Assembly: GCA_963849325.1 (NCBI GenBank)
Contig: CAWKHF010000010.1
Coordinates: forward strand, 128,001 to 192,000
Reading direction: 5' to 3'
Length of the DNA: 64,000 nt
Source: an uncultured Planctomycetota bacterium
GTDB taxonomy: Bacteria; Planctomycetota; Planctomycetia; Gemmatales; Gemmataceae
Shown: piece after piece, positions 1 through 9,238 of the stretch
How the letters are laid out: the number at the start of each line of letters is the position of its first letter
How positions within the stretch are numbered: position 1 is the stretch's first letter
Translations under genes and position numbers: made by a program
The notes under the pieces: model-generated
Databases searched by the model: none
The model's input: only the letters and a program-made list of their open reading frames with translations
Told to the model about the DNA's origin: nothing

Positions 1-285
1 TCCGGCCAATCCTGGTGGCCGGTCGTCATGGCCCCGGATTTCGCCAAGTACAACGCGCAATGTTACGGTCCCAACGCCGGCGCCCTGTTTCAGATGCGGC
101 CGACCCCGTTCATGGGTGGAGGCGCGATCCGCGATTTCACACGGGCGAACAGCGGGCACACGTCCGGCGTTCAGGTCGGCCTGGCCGACGGCAGCACCCG
201 TAGCGTCAACCAGGGCATCTCGCCGCTTACCTGGTGGTCCGCCTTTACGCCGTCGGGCGGCGAAGTGATGCGGAGCGATTGGTGA
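1..285 (+). CDS. DUF1559 (prepilin-type) protein, C-terminal part, truncated by window edge
   Basis: H-X9-DG motif HTSGVQVGLADG, followed by typical tail 'TPSGGEVMRSDW'. Confidence 0.85.
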   Translation, partial: SGQSWWPVVMAPDFAKYNAQCYGPNAGALFQMRPTPFMGGGAIRDFTRANSGHTSGVQVGLADGSTRSVNQGISPLTWWSAFTPSGGEVMRSDW

Positions 286-292
286 TCGGGAT

Positions 293-1062
293 TCAGCGAC
301 CGCCGTTGCGGGAGGATCGCCTCTGCTCCAACTCGGCGCGGAGGCGCGCCACTTCCTGCTCCGCCGTCAGCCACGCTTGATGCTCCTGATCGGCGCGGCG
401 CGATTGCTCATCGGCGCGGCGCGATTGCTCGGCGAGTTGCCGTCGGAGTTGGTCCACCTCGCGCTGGAGATCCGCCGGCAACGGCAGCAGTTCGTCCTCA
501 TACCAATAGCGCACCCAACCGTCGAGCAGGGCCACCTCCATGCTCAGCTCGGGGATGGCCAACCGTCCGCGCCGGTTGGGTCTCTTCGAGACGTATTTCT
601 CGCCCTGGTGGTGAAACAGAGTCAGATCCTGGCTGTCGGAATGGAAGACCAGGTAGTAGGGCACTTTCAACCGCTCGTACTTCTCGAAGCTGTCCTCGTA
701 GTCCTTGCGCTGGTTGGACGGCGAGACGTACTCGAAGACCCAGAACGGACGCACCGGCTGGAACGGCACATCGTAACTGCCCTCCGCCTGAATGGGGTCT
801 TTGCAGATGACCACCATGTTGTCGGGGACGACCTCGCCGGTCGATGACGGCCGCGCACGGGGAACTGCACCAGGAGTTCGTTGAAGATTTGCACGTCCGG
901 CCGGCGTGCGTGGACGAGGTCGAGGCTTTCGAGCGTGATTTTGCGTTGGTGGGCCTGGGCCGTCGCTTCCATGAAATGCTCCAGCGGCAGGCTGCGTAAA
1001 TAATCGTTCGCCGCCTTGGCATAGGCGTATCGCAGCAAGCCGGGAGGGAGTTTGCTGGCCAT
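293..1062 (-). CDS. Uma2-family (PD-(D/E)XK-like) endonuclease with coiled-coil tail; frameshift near 840
   Basis: ORFs 667..1107 (MASK...HFMEATAQ) and 293..1144 (VVPDNMVV...FEYVSPSN...KYERLKVPYYLVF, EQSRRAD repeats) join into one protein. Confidence 0.8.
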
Positions 1063-1171
1063 GCTTCGCGCTCCTGCCGGTTTCGATACGGGTCCATCCT
1101 GGAACAACTGTCGTTGATCGGCGGCTCTGCGAGTCGCCGATCAACAGGCGACATCATTGCTGGACACATTC

Positions 1172-1693
1172 TCAGCGATTGAGTACGGCAAATCTCAGAA
1201 TGATGCTGAGAACCCAAAGCACCGTCCAGAGGATGAGGCCAACGATGGCGAGAATCTTGCCTGTATTGGTCATGCCCTGGCCTGATCGATCCATCTTCCC
1301 CTGGGCCATCGCGGCGAGGTCGGCATTGGCCATCGAGATAGCGATCCCTCCCAGAATCCAGTTGAGGAAAACACAGAGACAGCCCAATGCCAGTGTCAGG
1401 ATGCCCAGCGTCAGGATCACTCCGCCGCGGTGCGGTCTGCCGTGCGCCCTCCTGGGCTCGTCCTCGTAATCCTCGTCCTCCTCGCGCTCGCGGCGCCGAC
1501 GCCGGGCCGGACGGGAGGGGCGTTCCTCCTGAATGGCCTCCTCCTCCTGTTCCTCGACTGGCTCCACGCCTGCCTCTGGATCCTCGGCCGTGAAGACCTC
1601 CTGGCAGCCGGGACAGCGGACCCGCTTGCCCATGAGGTTTTCCGGCAGACGCAGGGTCTTCTGACAGTTCGGACAGGTGATGTTGACTGGCAT
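1172..1693 (-). CDS. Zinc-ribbon membrane protein
   Basis: CPNC...CPGC, charged linker, two hydrophobic helices. Confidence 0.8.
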   Translation of the reverse strand: MPVNITCPNCQKTLRLPENLMGKRVRCPGCQEVFTAEDPEAGVEPVEEQEEEAIQEERPSRPARRRRREREEDEDYEDEPRRAHGRPHRGGVILTLGILTLALGCLCVFLNWILGGIAISMANADLAAMAQGKMDRSGQGMTNTGKILAIVGLILWTVLWVLSIILRFAVLNR

Positions 1694-1901
1694 GATGTTG
1701 GCGATTGAGTGAAGGATGTTACCGTTTCTCCCGCCGGTCGGGAACGCCGGGTATCCTATGAAATGCGTCCTTGGGCGGCATGGCGATCCTCAATGGCCTC
1801 TGTTACACTTGAAGTATCCACCTTGGGGATTCGAGAGTCCTCCGCGAGACGAGACGTGCCCCGGAGCGCGGGCGTCCCGCCCGCAGACCGAGGAAATCAT
1901 C

Positions 1902-2999
1902 ATGTCCGTTCAGGCGCTGACGTGCCGGGACTGCAACCGGCCTTGCGTGTTCGACCGCATGGCTCCCTATCCGGGCAAGGGCGATGAGCGGACCTACGGC
2001 GTCGGCTGGCGCTGTCCGCAGTGCTTCAAACTCACGCTCGACGTTTGCCCGGTCGGCCCGCTGGTCCCCTCCGACTCGGTTTGCCTCAATTGCGGGTCGG
2101 CCTACGCCGGCGAGGCGGACCCTCTCTGCTGCGGCGCCTGCGGGTTGCCGCGCGACGGCGTCGCCGCCGTTCTCGGCGTCGTCTCTGTACCGGATGATCC
2201 GCTGGCGGCCGCACGCGATGCCTTCGCTGCTGGGTTGATCCGCCGCGGACTGGCGATCCTCAACCTCGCCCTGCGGCGCGATCTCGGTCTGGCGGAGGCC
2301 TGGTCGGCCAAATGCTCCTTCCTCGATGCACTGGGGTTCCGCAAGACGAAAGTGACCATGCTGGAAGCGGCCCTCGATGCCGGGGGTCCGGCCTCGTTGT
2401 GGGTCAGTTACGGATACACGCTGCAACAGATGGATCGCCACCCGGAAGCGGTCGCGGCCTATCGGCGTTATCTGGAACGGGAGCCATCGGGTCCGTGGGC
2501 AGGAGTCGCCTGCTGCAACCAGGCCAATTCCTTGATCCGCATGGGCGATCCGACCGCCGCCGATGCGCTCTATCAGCAGGCCATTGCCCTCGAACCCGGC
2601 CGCGTCAGCCATGCCGTCAATTACATCCGTTTGCTGATCGACAAACAGAAGTGGGACGAAGCGTTGGCCGTGATTGATACGGCCCTGACGAGGGCGGAAG
2701 TGTCCACGGACATCATCGCCTTGCGGGAGGACCGGGCCGCTGTCCTGGTGGCCCAGGAGCGCGGCGCGGAAGCGCTGGCCAACGCCGAAGAAGCCTTGGC
2801 CCTCGGTTCCGATTCCGTATCGGCGCACTATTTCCGCGGACGCGCCCTGAACCTGCTCGGCCGACTGGAGGAGGCGCGAACCGAGATGCTCCGCGTCCTC
2901 ACGCTGGACCCCAACAACGAGGCCGGCAAGCAGGCGCTGGAGACGCTGGACTCGGTGCTCTTGTGGGGCTGGCCGGGACCGAAACTCCATCTTGGTTAA
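1902..2999 (+). CDS. TPR protein with N-terminal CxxC pairs
   Basis: GAGGA upstream of ATG 1902; CRDC/CPQC/CLNC/CGAC followed by TPR-like helices. Confidence 0.8.
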   Translation: MSVQALTCRDCNRPCVFDRMAPYPGKGDERTYGVGWRCPQCFKLTLDVCPVGPLVPSDSVCLNCGSAYAGEADPLCCGACGLPRDGVAAVLGVVSVPDDPLAAARDAFAAGLIRRGLAILNLALRRDLGLAEAWSAKCSFLDALGFRKTKVTMLEAALDAGGPASLWVSYGYTLQQMDRHPEAVAAYRRYLEREPSGPWAGVACCNQANSLIRMGDPTAADALYQQAIALEPGRVSHAVNYIRLLIDKQKWDEALAVIDTALTRAEVSTDIIALREDRAAVLVAQERGAEALANAEEALALGSDSVSAHYFRGRALNLLGRLEEARTEMLRVLTLDPNNEAGKQALETLDSVLLWGWPGPKLHLG

Positions 3000-3027
3000 T
3001 CCCATCTTGGGGCTTGTCCCAATAACT

Positions 3028-3092
3028 TCGTTTAGCCGCGACGCGCAGCGGAGCGCGAAGACCGCGCTCCGCTGCGCGTCGCGGCTAAACGA
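3028..3092. repeat. REP-like palindrome (TTTAGCCGCGACGCGCAGCGGAGCGC family)
   Basis: Long inverted repeat; near-identical copy at 32640-32706, degenerate copy at 30715-30775. Confidence 0.9.
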
Positions 3093-3159
3093 GACACTAT
3101 TACCGGGAACGTATATCAAAATAAAAGAAGCCCGCCACCTGGAAAAAGGGAACTGTTCC

Positions 3160-3934
3160 ATGAGATTGCCGATTCGAGCTCTTGGCCTGCTGACCGTGCT
3201 GTCCCTGGCGGCGACTCCGTGCGGCCGAGGGACAAGGGACGCCGGGCAAGGCGTCGCCACGCTACACGACCGCCGCTTCGAGCACCGCCGGCGGCAGCGG
3301 CAAGTATTACATGAATCGGGAGATCGCCTTCGTCATGGGACATCAGGGGGCCGGCTGGCTCGAACGTCCCGAGCGCGAGAAAGAAGAACAGCCTAAAAAA
3401 CTGCTGGCGACGCTGGAACTCAAGCCGGGCCAGGTCGTCGCCGACATCGGCGCCGGCAGCGGCTATCACACCTTCCGCATGGCCGAGAAGGTCGGACCAC
3501 GCGGCAAGGTGCTGGCCGTGGACATCCAGAAGGAAATGCTCGACATCATCCGCCAGCGCATGAAGAAGGAGAAGGTGGCCAACGTCGAGCCGATCCTCGG
3601 CACCGAGACCGATCCGAAACTACCGGACAACGGCGTCGATTTGATCCTGATGGTGGACGTTTATCACGAATTCGCCTTCCCTTATGAGATGACGGAAGCG
3701 CTGGTCAAGGCCCTCAAGCCCGGCGGCCGGATCGCGTTCGTCGAATTTCGCCGGGAAGACGAGAAGGTACCGATCCTGCTGGCGCACAAGATGACGGTGA
3801 AGCAAGTGCTCAAGGAGATGGGGCCGCACGCGCTCAAGCACGTCAAGACGATCGACTCGCTGCCGTGGCAGCACGTTATCCTCTTCGAGAAGAAGGCGGC
3901 CGGCAAGGATGTTCCGCAGGGCCGCGAGCGTTAG
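3160..3934 (+). CDS. Class I SAM-dependent methyltransferase with signal peptide; N-terminal frameshift
   Basis: VADIGAGSG motif I; MGHQGAGWLERPERE; signal-like MRLPIRALGLL in another frame. Confidence 0.85.
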
Positions 3935-3941
3935 AGGCACG

Positions 3942-4022
3942 AACCAAATGCATTTTTGACCCCGGATAACACGGATAACACGGATAAAACAAAAGAAGCG
4001 TTCTCGTTTTCTTTATCCGTTT
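3942..4022. repeat. Left part of an ACACGGATA-type hairpin, interrupted by the insertion
   Basis: CCAAATGCATTTTTGACCCCGGATAACACGGATAACACGGATAAA is complementary to sequence at 4012-4022 plus 8232-8268. Confidence 0.85.
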
Positions 4023-4153
4023 GTAACCGTTCACCGATTTTTCAGCAGTTTTTCAGTTCCAGACATGCCGTCTGACCATGAAAAGTGTCGTCCCAGCCCA
4101 CCCAGGCAGAATGTCTGGGGCCGAAAAAAGGCTGGAGGGTGGTGAACGGTTAC
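4023..4153. mobile_element. MITE copy 1 (131 bp), IS66-like ends
   Basis: 13-bp perfect TIR GTAACCGTTCACC/GGTGAACGGTTAC; no ORF; second copy at 8092-8223. Confidence 0.9.
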
Positions 4154-4236
4154 GCCCGGAGAATGGCTAGGAAAAGGTTCCTGACACGTTCCTGACGCCT
4201 CTTCTTTCCGAATGTTAAAAAAACTTCCAGGGACTG

Positions 4237-4279
4237 TTGACAACCCTCCTCCCCCCAACTAAACTGAATTAGTGCACTA
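4237..4279 (+). promoter_or_regulatory. Sigma70-type promoter with candidate GntR operator
   Basis: TTGACA(4237)-17 bp-TAAACT(4260); palindrome TAGTGCACTA at 4270-4279. Confidence 0.7.
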
Positions 4280-4294
4280 GGGTGGAGAAAGCCA

Positions 4295-4690
4295 ATGCTC
4301 ATTGACCCGAAAAGCCCGATTCCGATCTTTCAACAAATTGCGGCGCAAATGCGGCAACACATCGCCTTGGGGGTCTATAAGCCGAAGGAATCACTGCCCT
4401 CCCTGCGAAGCTTGGCCGCTGACATTCAGGTGAATCCCAACACCGTTCAAAAAGCCTATGACGAGTTGACCCGCGAAGGCCTCGTTGAGTCACGGCGCGG
4501 AGCGGGCCTTTTCGTGGCCGATCGGGCCAGCGCAGCCGGAACGACCCAAACCGAGAGACGAATTCATCGCCAGCTTTCCCGGGTCATTGCCAATGGTCTC
4601 AGGAAGCGAATTGCACCCGAGCGAATTCGAACCCTGTTTCGCGAAGCCCTCGACAGCCAGGTGGCAGCCACGACCTGGAGCACGCCATGA
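4295..4690 (+). CDS. GntR family regulator (YtrA subfamily)
   Basis: PIFQQI...LPSLRSLA...VNPNTVQKAYDEL...RGAGLFV; short C-terminus; precedes an ABC ATPase. Confidence 0.92.
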   Translation: MLIDPKSPIPIFQQIAAQMRQHIALGVYKPKESLPSLRSLAADIQVNPNTVQKAYDELTREGLVESRRGAGLFVADRASAAGTTQTERRIHRQLSRVIANGLRKRIAPERIRTLFREALDSQVAATTWSTP

Positions 4691-5592
4691 CCCCCATGCT
4701 CATAGAGTTCTCCGCAGTCACAAAAGAGTTCAAGAACCATCGGGCGCTGGACTCTCTGAGTTTGCAATTCCGGGAGGGGAGCACCGTGGGCTTGCTCGGT
4801 CCCAACGGTGCCGGCAAGACCACCTGCCTGAAAATGATGCTCGGCCTATTGCGGCCTACCTCCGGTTCGGTGTCCATCTTCGGATGGGACCTCTGGTTGG
4901 AGGGTCCGAAGATCCGACAGGAGATTGGGTATGTTCCGGAAGATCCCTGGCTCTACCCCTGGATGACCGTTCGCCAGGTCATCCGCTTCGCCTCATCCAT
5001 GTATGAGCGTTGGTCGAGCGCTCTGGCGGATGATCTTCTGGTCAATCTGAATTTGCCTCCCGACTGTACTGTCAAAAACCTATCTAAAGGAATGCGCATG
5101 AAGGCGGCGCTCTTGGTGGCCCTGGCCCATCGTCCCCGCTTGCTGATCCTTGACGAACCCATGTCGGGGCTTGATCCACTCGCCAGGGAGGACTTGGTAG
5201 AAATTCTCATCAAGTTGAGAGGTGAAGAGACAGAGTGCATCATTATCTCTTCCCACCAGATTGATGACGTCACTCGACTGGCCAACGAGGTCGTCATCCT
5301 CCATGCGGGCAAGCGGCTCGTGCATGCGTCCATTGATGAATTGCTTGGGACCACGAAGCGGGTCGAGGCGGTCTTGCTGGATGGCCGCCTTCCTGAACGT
5401 GTCTTGCAACAAACTGTGTGGCAGCGAGTCGATCGACGAACCTGGTCGATGACCTTGCATCCGTTCGACGCCACCATGGTCAATACCTTGCGGGAAGCCA
5501 ACCCGATTTCATCCCTAACGGTGATCGACATGGGCCTGGAACAGGTCTTCAAAGACTTTATTCGAGGAGCAACGCCATGTTGCGCACCCTGA
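4687..5592 (+). CDS. ABC exporter ATP-binding protein (YtrB-like)
   Basis: GPNGAGKT, LSKGM signature, LILDEP, H-loop SSH. Confidence 0.95.
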   Translation: MTPMLIEFSAVTKEFKNHRALDSLSLQFREGSTVGLLGPNGAGKTTCLKMMLGLLRPTSGSVSIFGWDLWLEGPKIRQEIGYVPEDPWLYPWMTVRQVIRFASSMYERWSSALADDLLVNLNLPPDCTVKNLSKGMRMKAALLVALAHRPRLLILDEPMSGLDPLAREDLVEILIKLRGEETECIIISSHQIDDVTRLANEVVILHAGKRLVHASIDELLGTTKRVEAVLLDGRLPERVLQQTVWQRVDRRTWSMTLHPFDATMVNTLREANPISSLTVIDMGLEQVFKDFIRGATPCCAP

Positions 5593-6254
5593 TTTGGAAA
5601 GATGTGTTGGCCAATCGCTTTTCGCTCTTGCTCGCAGCTATCTTGCTCGTAGCAGCCTATGGCGTGGCAGCGATCATGGGTTTGCTAGATCCCGTGATGT
5701 CTGCTCAACCGTCGTGGGGACGACGACTGGCCGAGATTTTGTTTTTCGGCAGTCTGATGAGCTATGCCGTGGCCCATTTATCCCTGGCGGTCTTATCGGG
5801 AAACTTGATCGCTGGGGAACGCGTCCGTCGATCCGCCGAATTCCTCGCCTATCTGCCGCCAAGCCGGGGGATGGTTTTGCGGGCCAAGGCAACGGTGCTT
5901 GGCGCCGTGGCACTCCTCTTGCTGTTTATCCCTCTTGCGATGACAGGGTTGGGGGCGTTCTTCGATAAGGCCTCCCTTGTCGATATCTATCGTAAGACTG
6001 CGAGCGGGTGTGTTGTCATCTGGGCGATGGGCTTTTGTGCTTCCGGAATCGGTTGGCTGGCATCCTGTTGTTTACAGAGCAACGCCGTCGCCATCCTCTT
6101 CGCTCTTTTATCGCCCTATATCCTGATGATACTAATCATGCGCGTGATTCAGAGTGCAGAACCCATGGCCATCTTGGTGGCAGCCAGCTTGTCCATCGGC
6201 TTGGCAGGATTCCTGTTTGGAACGATGCACTACCTTAATCGCGTGGAGCCTTAA
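5577..6254 (+). CDS. ABC-2 type permease
   Basis: MLRTLIWKD start; about 6 TM helices; 'GERVRRSAEFLAYLP' loop. Confidence 0.85.
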   Translation: MLRTLIWKDVLANRFSLLLAAILLVAAYGVAAIMGLLDPVMSAQPSWGRRLAEILFFGSLMSYAVAHLSLAVLSGNLIAGERVRRSAEFLAYLPPSRGMVLRAKATVLGAVALLLLFIPLAMTGLGAFFDKASLVDIYRKTASGCVVIWAMGFCASGIGWLASCCLQSNAVAILFALLSPYILMILIMRVIQSAEPMAILVAASLSIGLAGFLFGTMHYLNRVEP

Positions 6255-6274
6255 TTGGAAGGGAGGGACGATCG

Positions 6275-7318
6275 ATGCTACGTCTCAGGTCAATAAGGAT
6301 CAAGGTAATCATCTATGCCCTCACTCCAATCCTTGTGTTCGGGAGCGCTTATCGCCTGGCACGAGTTTTTCTCCCGGCAAGCGAAGATGCGGCTGCGACC
6401 CACGACGAATTATTTAGCGAGGAAGAGTGGATCGAACAAATCGCAGATGCCTTCAGACTCTATGCCCAGGCATTTGAGAATCGCTTTCCGGACGTGGAAT
6501 ACCTCTATGGGGATGAGTTGATGGGAGCCGTCAGAGAAAAACTGAAAATTCCCCGTTGCGCAGGGTGGTCACCGGCCAGCGGCTTCGGTCGGTTGACCAA
6601 ACTACAAAGGAGTGACCCGACGTTTGGTTACCACGGTTCGGGAGCTAGCCTTGGGGACCCCAATCGGGTCCTCGTTCATTGGTCAACGGCGGAGGGCAGG
6701 TCTCGAGTCATTTTCTGCGATCTGTCCCATCGTGAGGTCGATGGTGGTGAGTTGCTGAATCTTCTTTCGCCCTGGCAACCGGTTGCCAACCAATGTGTTG
6801 TGCGGGTGGGTTCCGGCGGATCGGGGACGATCGTTTCGCCAAAAGGATTGATTGTCACCGCTGCTCATGTCCTTCCTTCGAGCGGTTCGAGTATCGATAT
6901 CCATTTTGCCGATGGCCGTGCGATGACATCGACCGTGGTTGCTCAAAGTAAACGATTCGATGTCGCCGTTCTCAGAATTCCCGTGGACCAGTCGATTCCT
7001 TTCGTTCGGCTGGAAGAACGACATGTTAGCGAGGATCAGGTGGCCTGGATCATAGGATATGGCGGTGGTCGTTCCGAGCCCGCTATTCGCCAAGTACGAA
7101 CCGTCCAGTACGTCCTCGATGAGTTGATTACGACCTGGAACAATGTCATCGGCGGCGATTGCGGCGGGGCCGTGTTGAACGCCAAGGGATGTCTCATCGG
7201 CGTTCTTGACACCCTAGCTGAGCCCCACCCAAGATACTGTCGAACGATTTCTTCTCCCACGCTGCTGAAGGTTTTCCCGGTTTTGTTAGAGCAGGTCGGG
7301 GGGATGAGGTCACCGTGA
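6275..7318 (+). CDS. Membrane-anchored trypsin-like peptidase domain protein (nucleophile site Cys)
   Basis: GSGTIVS, TAAHV, DVAVLRI, GGDCGGAVLN. Confidence 0.8.
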   Translation: MLRLRSIRIKVIIYALTPILVFGSAYRLARVFLPASEDAAATHDELFSEEEWIEQIADAFRLYAQAFENRFPDVEYLYGDELMGAVREKLKIPRCAGWSPASGFGRLTKLQRSDPTFGYHGSGASLGDPNRVLVHWSTAEGRSRVIFCDLSHREVDGGELLNLLSPWQPVANQCVVRVGSGGSGTIVSPKGLIVTAAHVLPSSGSSIDIHFADGRAMTSTVVAQSKRFDVAVLRIPVDQSIPFVRLEERHVSEDQVAWIIGYGGGRSEPAIRQVRTVQYVLDELITTWNNVIGGDCGGAVLNAKGCLIGVLDTLAEPHPRYCRTISSPTLLKVFPVLLEQVGGMRSP

Positions 7319-7759
7319 GAAGGGGCGGCGCTGTTTTCCGAAAGGCAGGTGCGCGAGCGTACGTTGCAGGCAACAGATTTGGCGCAGTTGTGGACCGACC
7401 TGTCGGACGCCGATGTCCCGAACGCTTACCGGGCCCAGGGGATGCTGGTCGCCGGTGCCGGGCACCATCGTTCAGCGCCTTGCCTGTTGCATGGTCAAGG
7501 ACCTTGACCACGCGGAGGCGCGCATCAGGGAACTCTATGCTGACTTCGCGGACTTGGCGGTCAAGCACATCGGCGATTCACGAGTATTTCCGGGCAGGAA
7601 GCTGCATTGACTGATGTGCAGGGTGTCCCGGCGAGCGGCGTGCGGGTGCGAATGGTCCCTCCGCTGGCACACTCAAGCAACCAGCGGCGACCGAGTTTGT
7701 CTGCCGGAAACTGTACCGCAATCTTGTGACAGATTCCGAAGAGCCAGGGCGGGAGTTGC

Positions 7760-8041
7760 CCCGGAGGGACCGCAGGTGGGATCGGGTCGCTCCCGTGGAA
7801 CCTGCGACAGCGGCCTTCCCCGTCTGACAGCCGGGTCGGCTCCCCATCAGATATTTCGGGGCCTGCTCAGCGTTCACTCACGTTACGGCCTGCTTGCTCG
7901 CGGGGTCCCCGACGGACCCTTTCCATCAGAGGCTTCGACAGGATCGTTACCTCCCCTGCCGCTCCGATTGCTACCGGCCGGAGCGACCGTTGCCGGGTGG
8001 GAATTTCACCCACTGAAGAGAGACACCTTGGCACGGCGCAC
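7760..8041 (-). mobile_element. Group II intron 5' fragment (domain I only, no RT)
   Basis: Minus strand starts GTGCGCCGTGCCAAGG...GTGGGTGAAATTCCCAC...GGTAACGA...GAAGCC...AGCCGACCC...GGGGAAGGCCG; no RT ORF or domain V/VI; left limit approximate. Confidence 0.75.
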
Positions 8042-8091
8042 TGTCAGCAACTTTTTTTTCCAGCACTGCATGCGGCGATGATAGCCCGGAG

Positions 8092-8223
8092 GTAACCGTT
8101 CACCGTTTTTTCAGCAGTTTTTCAGTCAAAGACATTCCGTCTGACCATGAAAAGTGTCGTCCCAGCCACCCAGGCAGAATGTCCGGGGCCGAAAATCAAG
8201 GCCGGAGGGTGGTGAACGGTTAC
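8092..8223. mobile_element. MITE copy 2 (132 bp)
   Basis: Same TIRs; about 10 differences from copy 1 by eye. Confidence 0.9.
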
Positions 8224-8268
8224 ATCCGTTTTATCCGTGTTATCCGTGGTTCAAAGTGCATTAGGTTT
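8224..8268. repeat. Right part of the interrupted hairpin
   Basis: ATCCGTTTTATCCGTGTTATCCGTGGTTCAAAGTGCATTAGG pairs with 3942-3990. Confidence 0.85.
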
Positions 8269-8276
8269 AGTAGCTC

Positions 8277-8801
8277 TTACTGTTTCTTCTTTTCGTATTG
8301 GAGCGCCTTGTTCAGGTGGCGGATGGCCACACCGAGGTCGCGGACGGCGGCCACGCGATGGCCGTGGTAATCGTGATCGGCTTTCTCCATCACCGCGACC
8401 GTCTGCTGCAGGACGGGGATGGCCTCGGCCAACTGCATGTTGGAGACGGCCTGCGGCTCGTTACCCTTGCCCTTGCCCTTGACGGCGCCGGGGTTGGCGG
8501 CCTTGCCCGTGCCCGTCTTCTTGCTCTGCATCCCCAGGGCCAACCGCAGTTGATGCTGGGCGGCGCCGATGGCCTTGACGGCCACGACGCGATGGCCGCC
8601 GTAGTCGTGGTTGGCGGCTTCAAGTGTCTGCTTGGTCGCGTGCAAGACGCGCAGCCCCTCGCGCAGCTGGGCGTTGGAGACTTTCTGCGGCTCCGACTTG
8701 CGCGGCTTGGTGGGCGCGGCATCGACCGGGACAGTCAACCCCGTCAGCAGAAGTCCAACGGCCAGAGAGAACGTGCGAGCTTTCGACCCTTGAGCGAACA
8801 T
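8277..8801 (-). CDS. Secreted helical protein with duplicated HDY(G/H)GHRV motif
   Basis: Signal peptide; two repeats EPQxVSNxQL...A(N/D)HDYxGHRVxAV. Confidence 0.8.
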   Translation of the reverse strand: MFAQGSKARTFSLAVGLLLTGLTVPVDAAPTKPRKSEPQKVSNAQLREGLRVLHATKQTLEAANHDYGGHRVVAVKAIGAAQHQLRLALGMQSKKTGTGKAANPGAVKGKGKGNEPQAVSNMQLAEAIPVLQQTVAVMEKADHDYHGHRVAAVRDLGVAIRHLNKALQYEKKKQ

Positions 8802-8928
8802 ACGATTACTCCTCGTCAGGGGATGGATTGCAAGAATACGGTCTCCGCTCGCTGACGCTCGCGGCTCTGCTCATTCAACCAGGCGAGGCCACGAAAGTTC
8901 CGCCAACCTCGCTTTTTCTTTTCCGCGG

Positions 8929-9210
8929 TCAACTCGTGCGAGTGACGAACTTGATGAAGATCAGCAGCACCTCGGCGACGATGACGATGGCGCCGACGAC
9001 GCGGCGAATGGGCGGCTGGACGGGGCGGAGATAGCCCACGGCTGCCGCAGCCAGGACGCCCGTCTCGACGACAGCCGGGGCGTTGGCCAGGCGAATGCCG
9101 TCCTTGCGCACCACCAGGGCGGCATTGCACTTGAAACACGAGAACTCGCGGCCAATGTCCGCGGCCGCCACGTTGTAGGCCGTGTTGCAACCGGGGCACA
9201 ACTTATTCAC
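8929..9210 (-). CDS. Small zinc-ribbon membrane protein (possibly truncated)
   Basis: CPGC...CFKC and a C-terminal hydrophobic stretch. Confidence 0.6.
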   Translation of the reverse strand: MNKLCPGCNTAYNVAAADIGREFSCFKCNAALVVRKDGIRLANAPAVVETGVLAAAAVGYLRPVQPPIRRVVGAIVIVAEVLLIFIKFVTRTS

Positions 9211-9238
9211 GGCGGGCCTTCCCCCTTATCGAATTCCA

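Larger units (their letters stand above)
4023..8223. mobile_element. MITE-flanked composite/cointegrate element
   Basis: Direct MITE copies; outer duplication ATCCGTTT (4015-4022, 8224-8231); inner duplication GCCCGGAG (4154-4161, 8084-8091); cargo visibly less GC-rich than flanks. Confidence 0.9.

Noticed and set aside
7578-8081. ORFs over the intron fragment; retron/DGR possibility
   Set aside because: No RT motifs (YADD-like) or template/variable repeat pair; the ORFs are shadows of structured RNA
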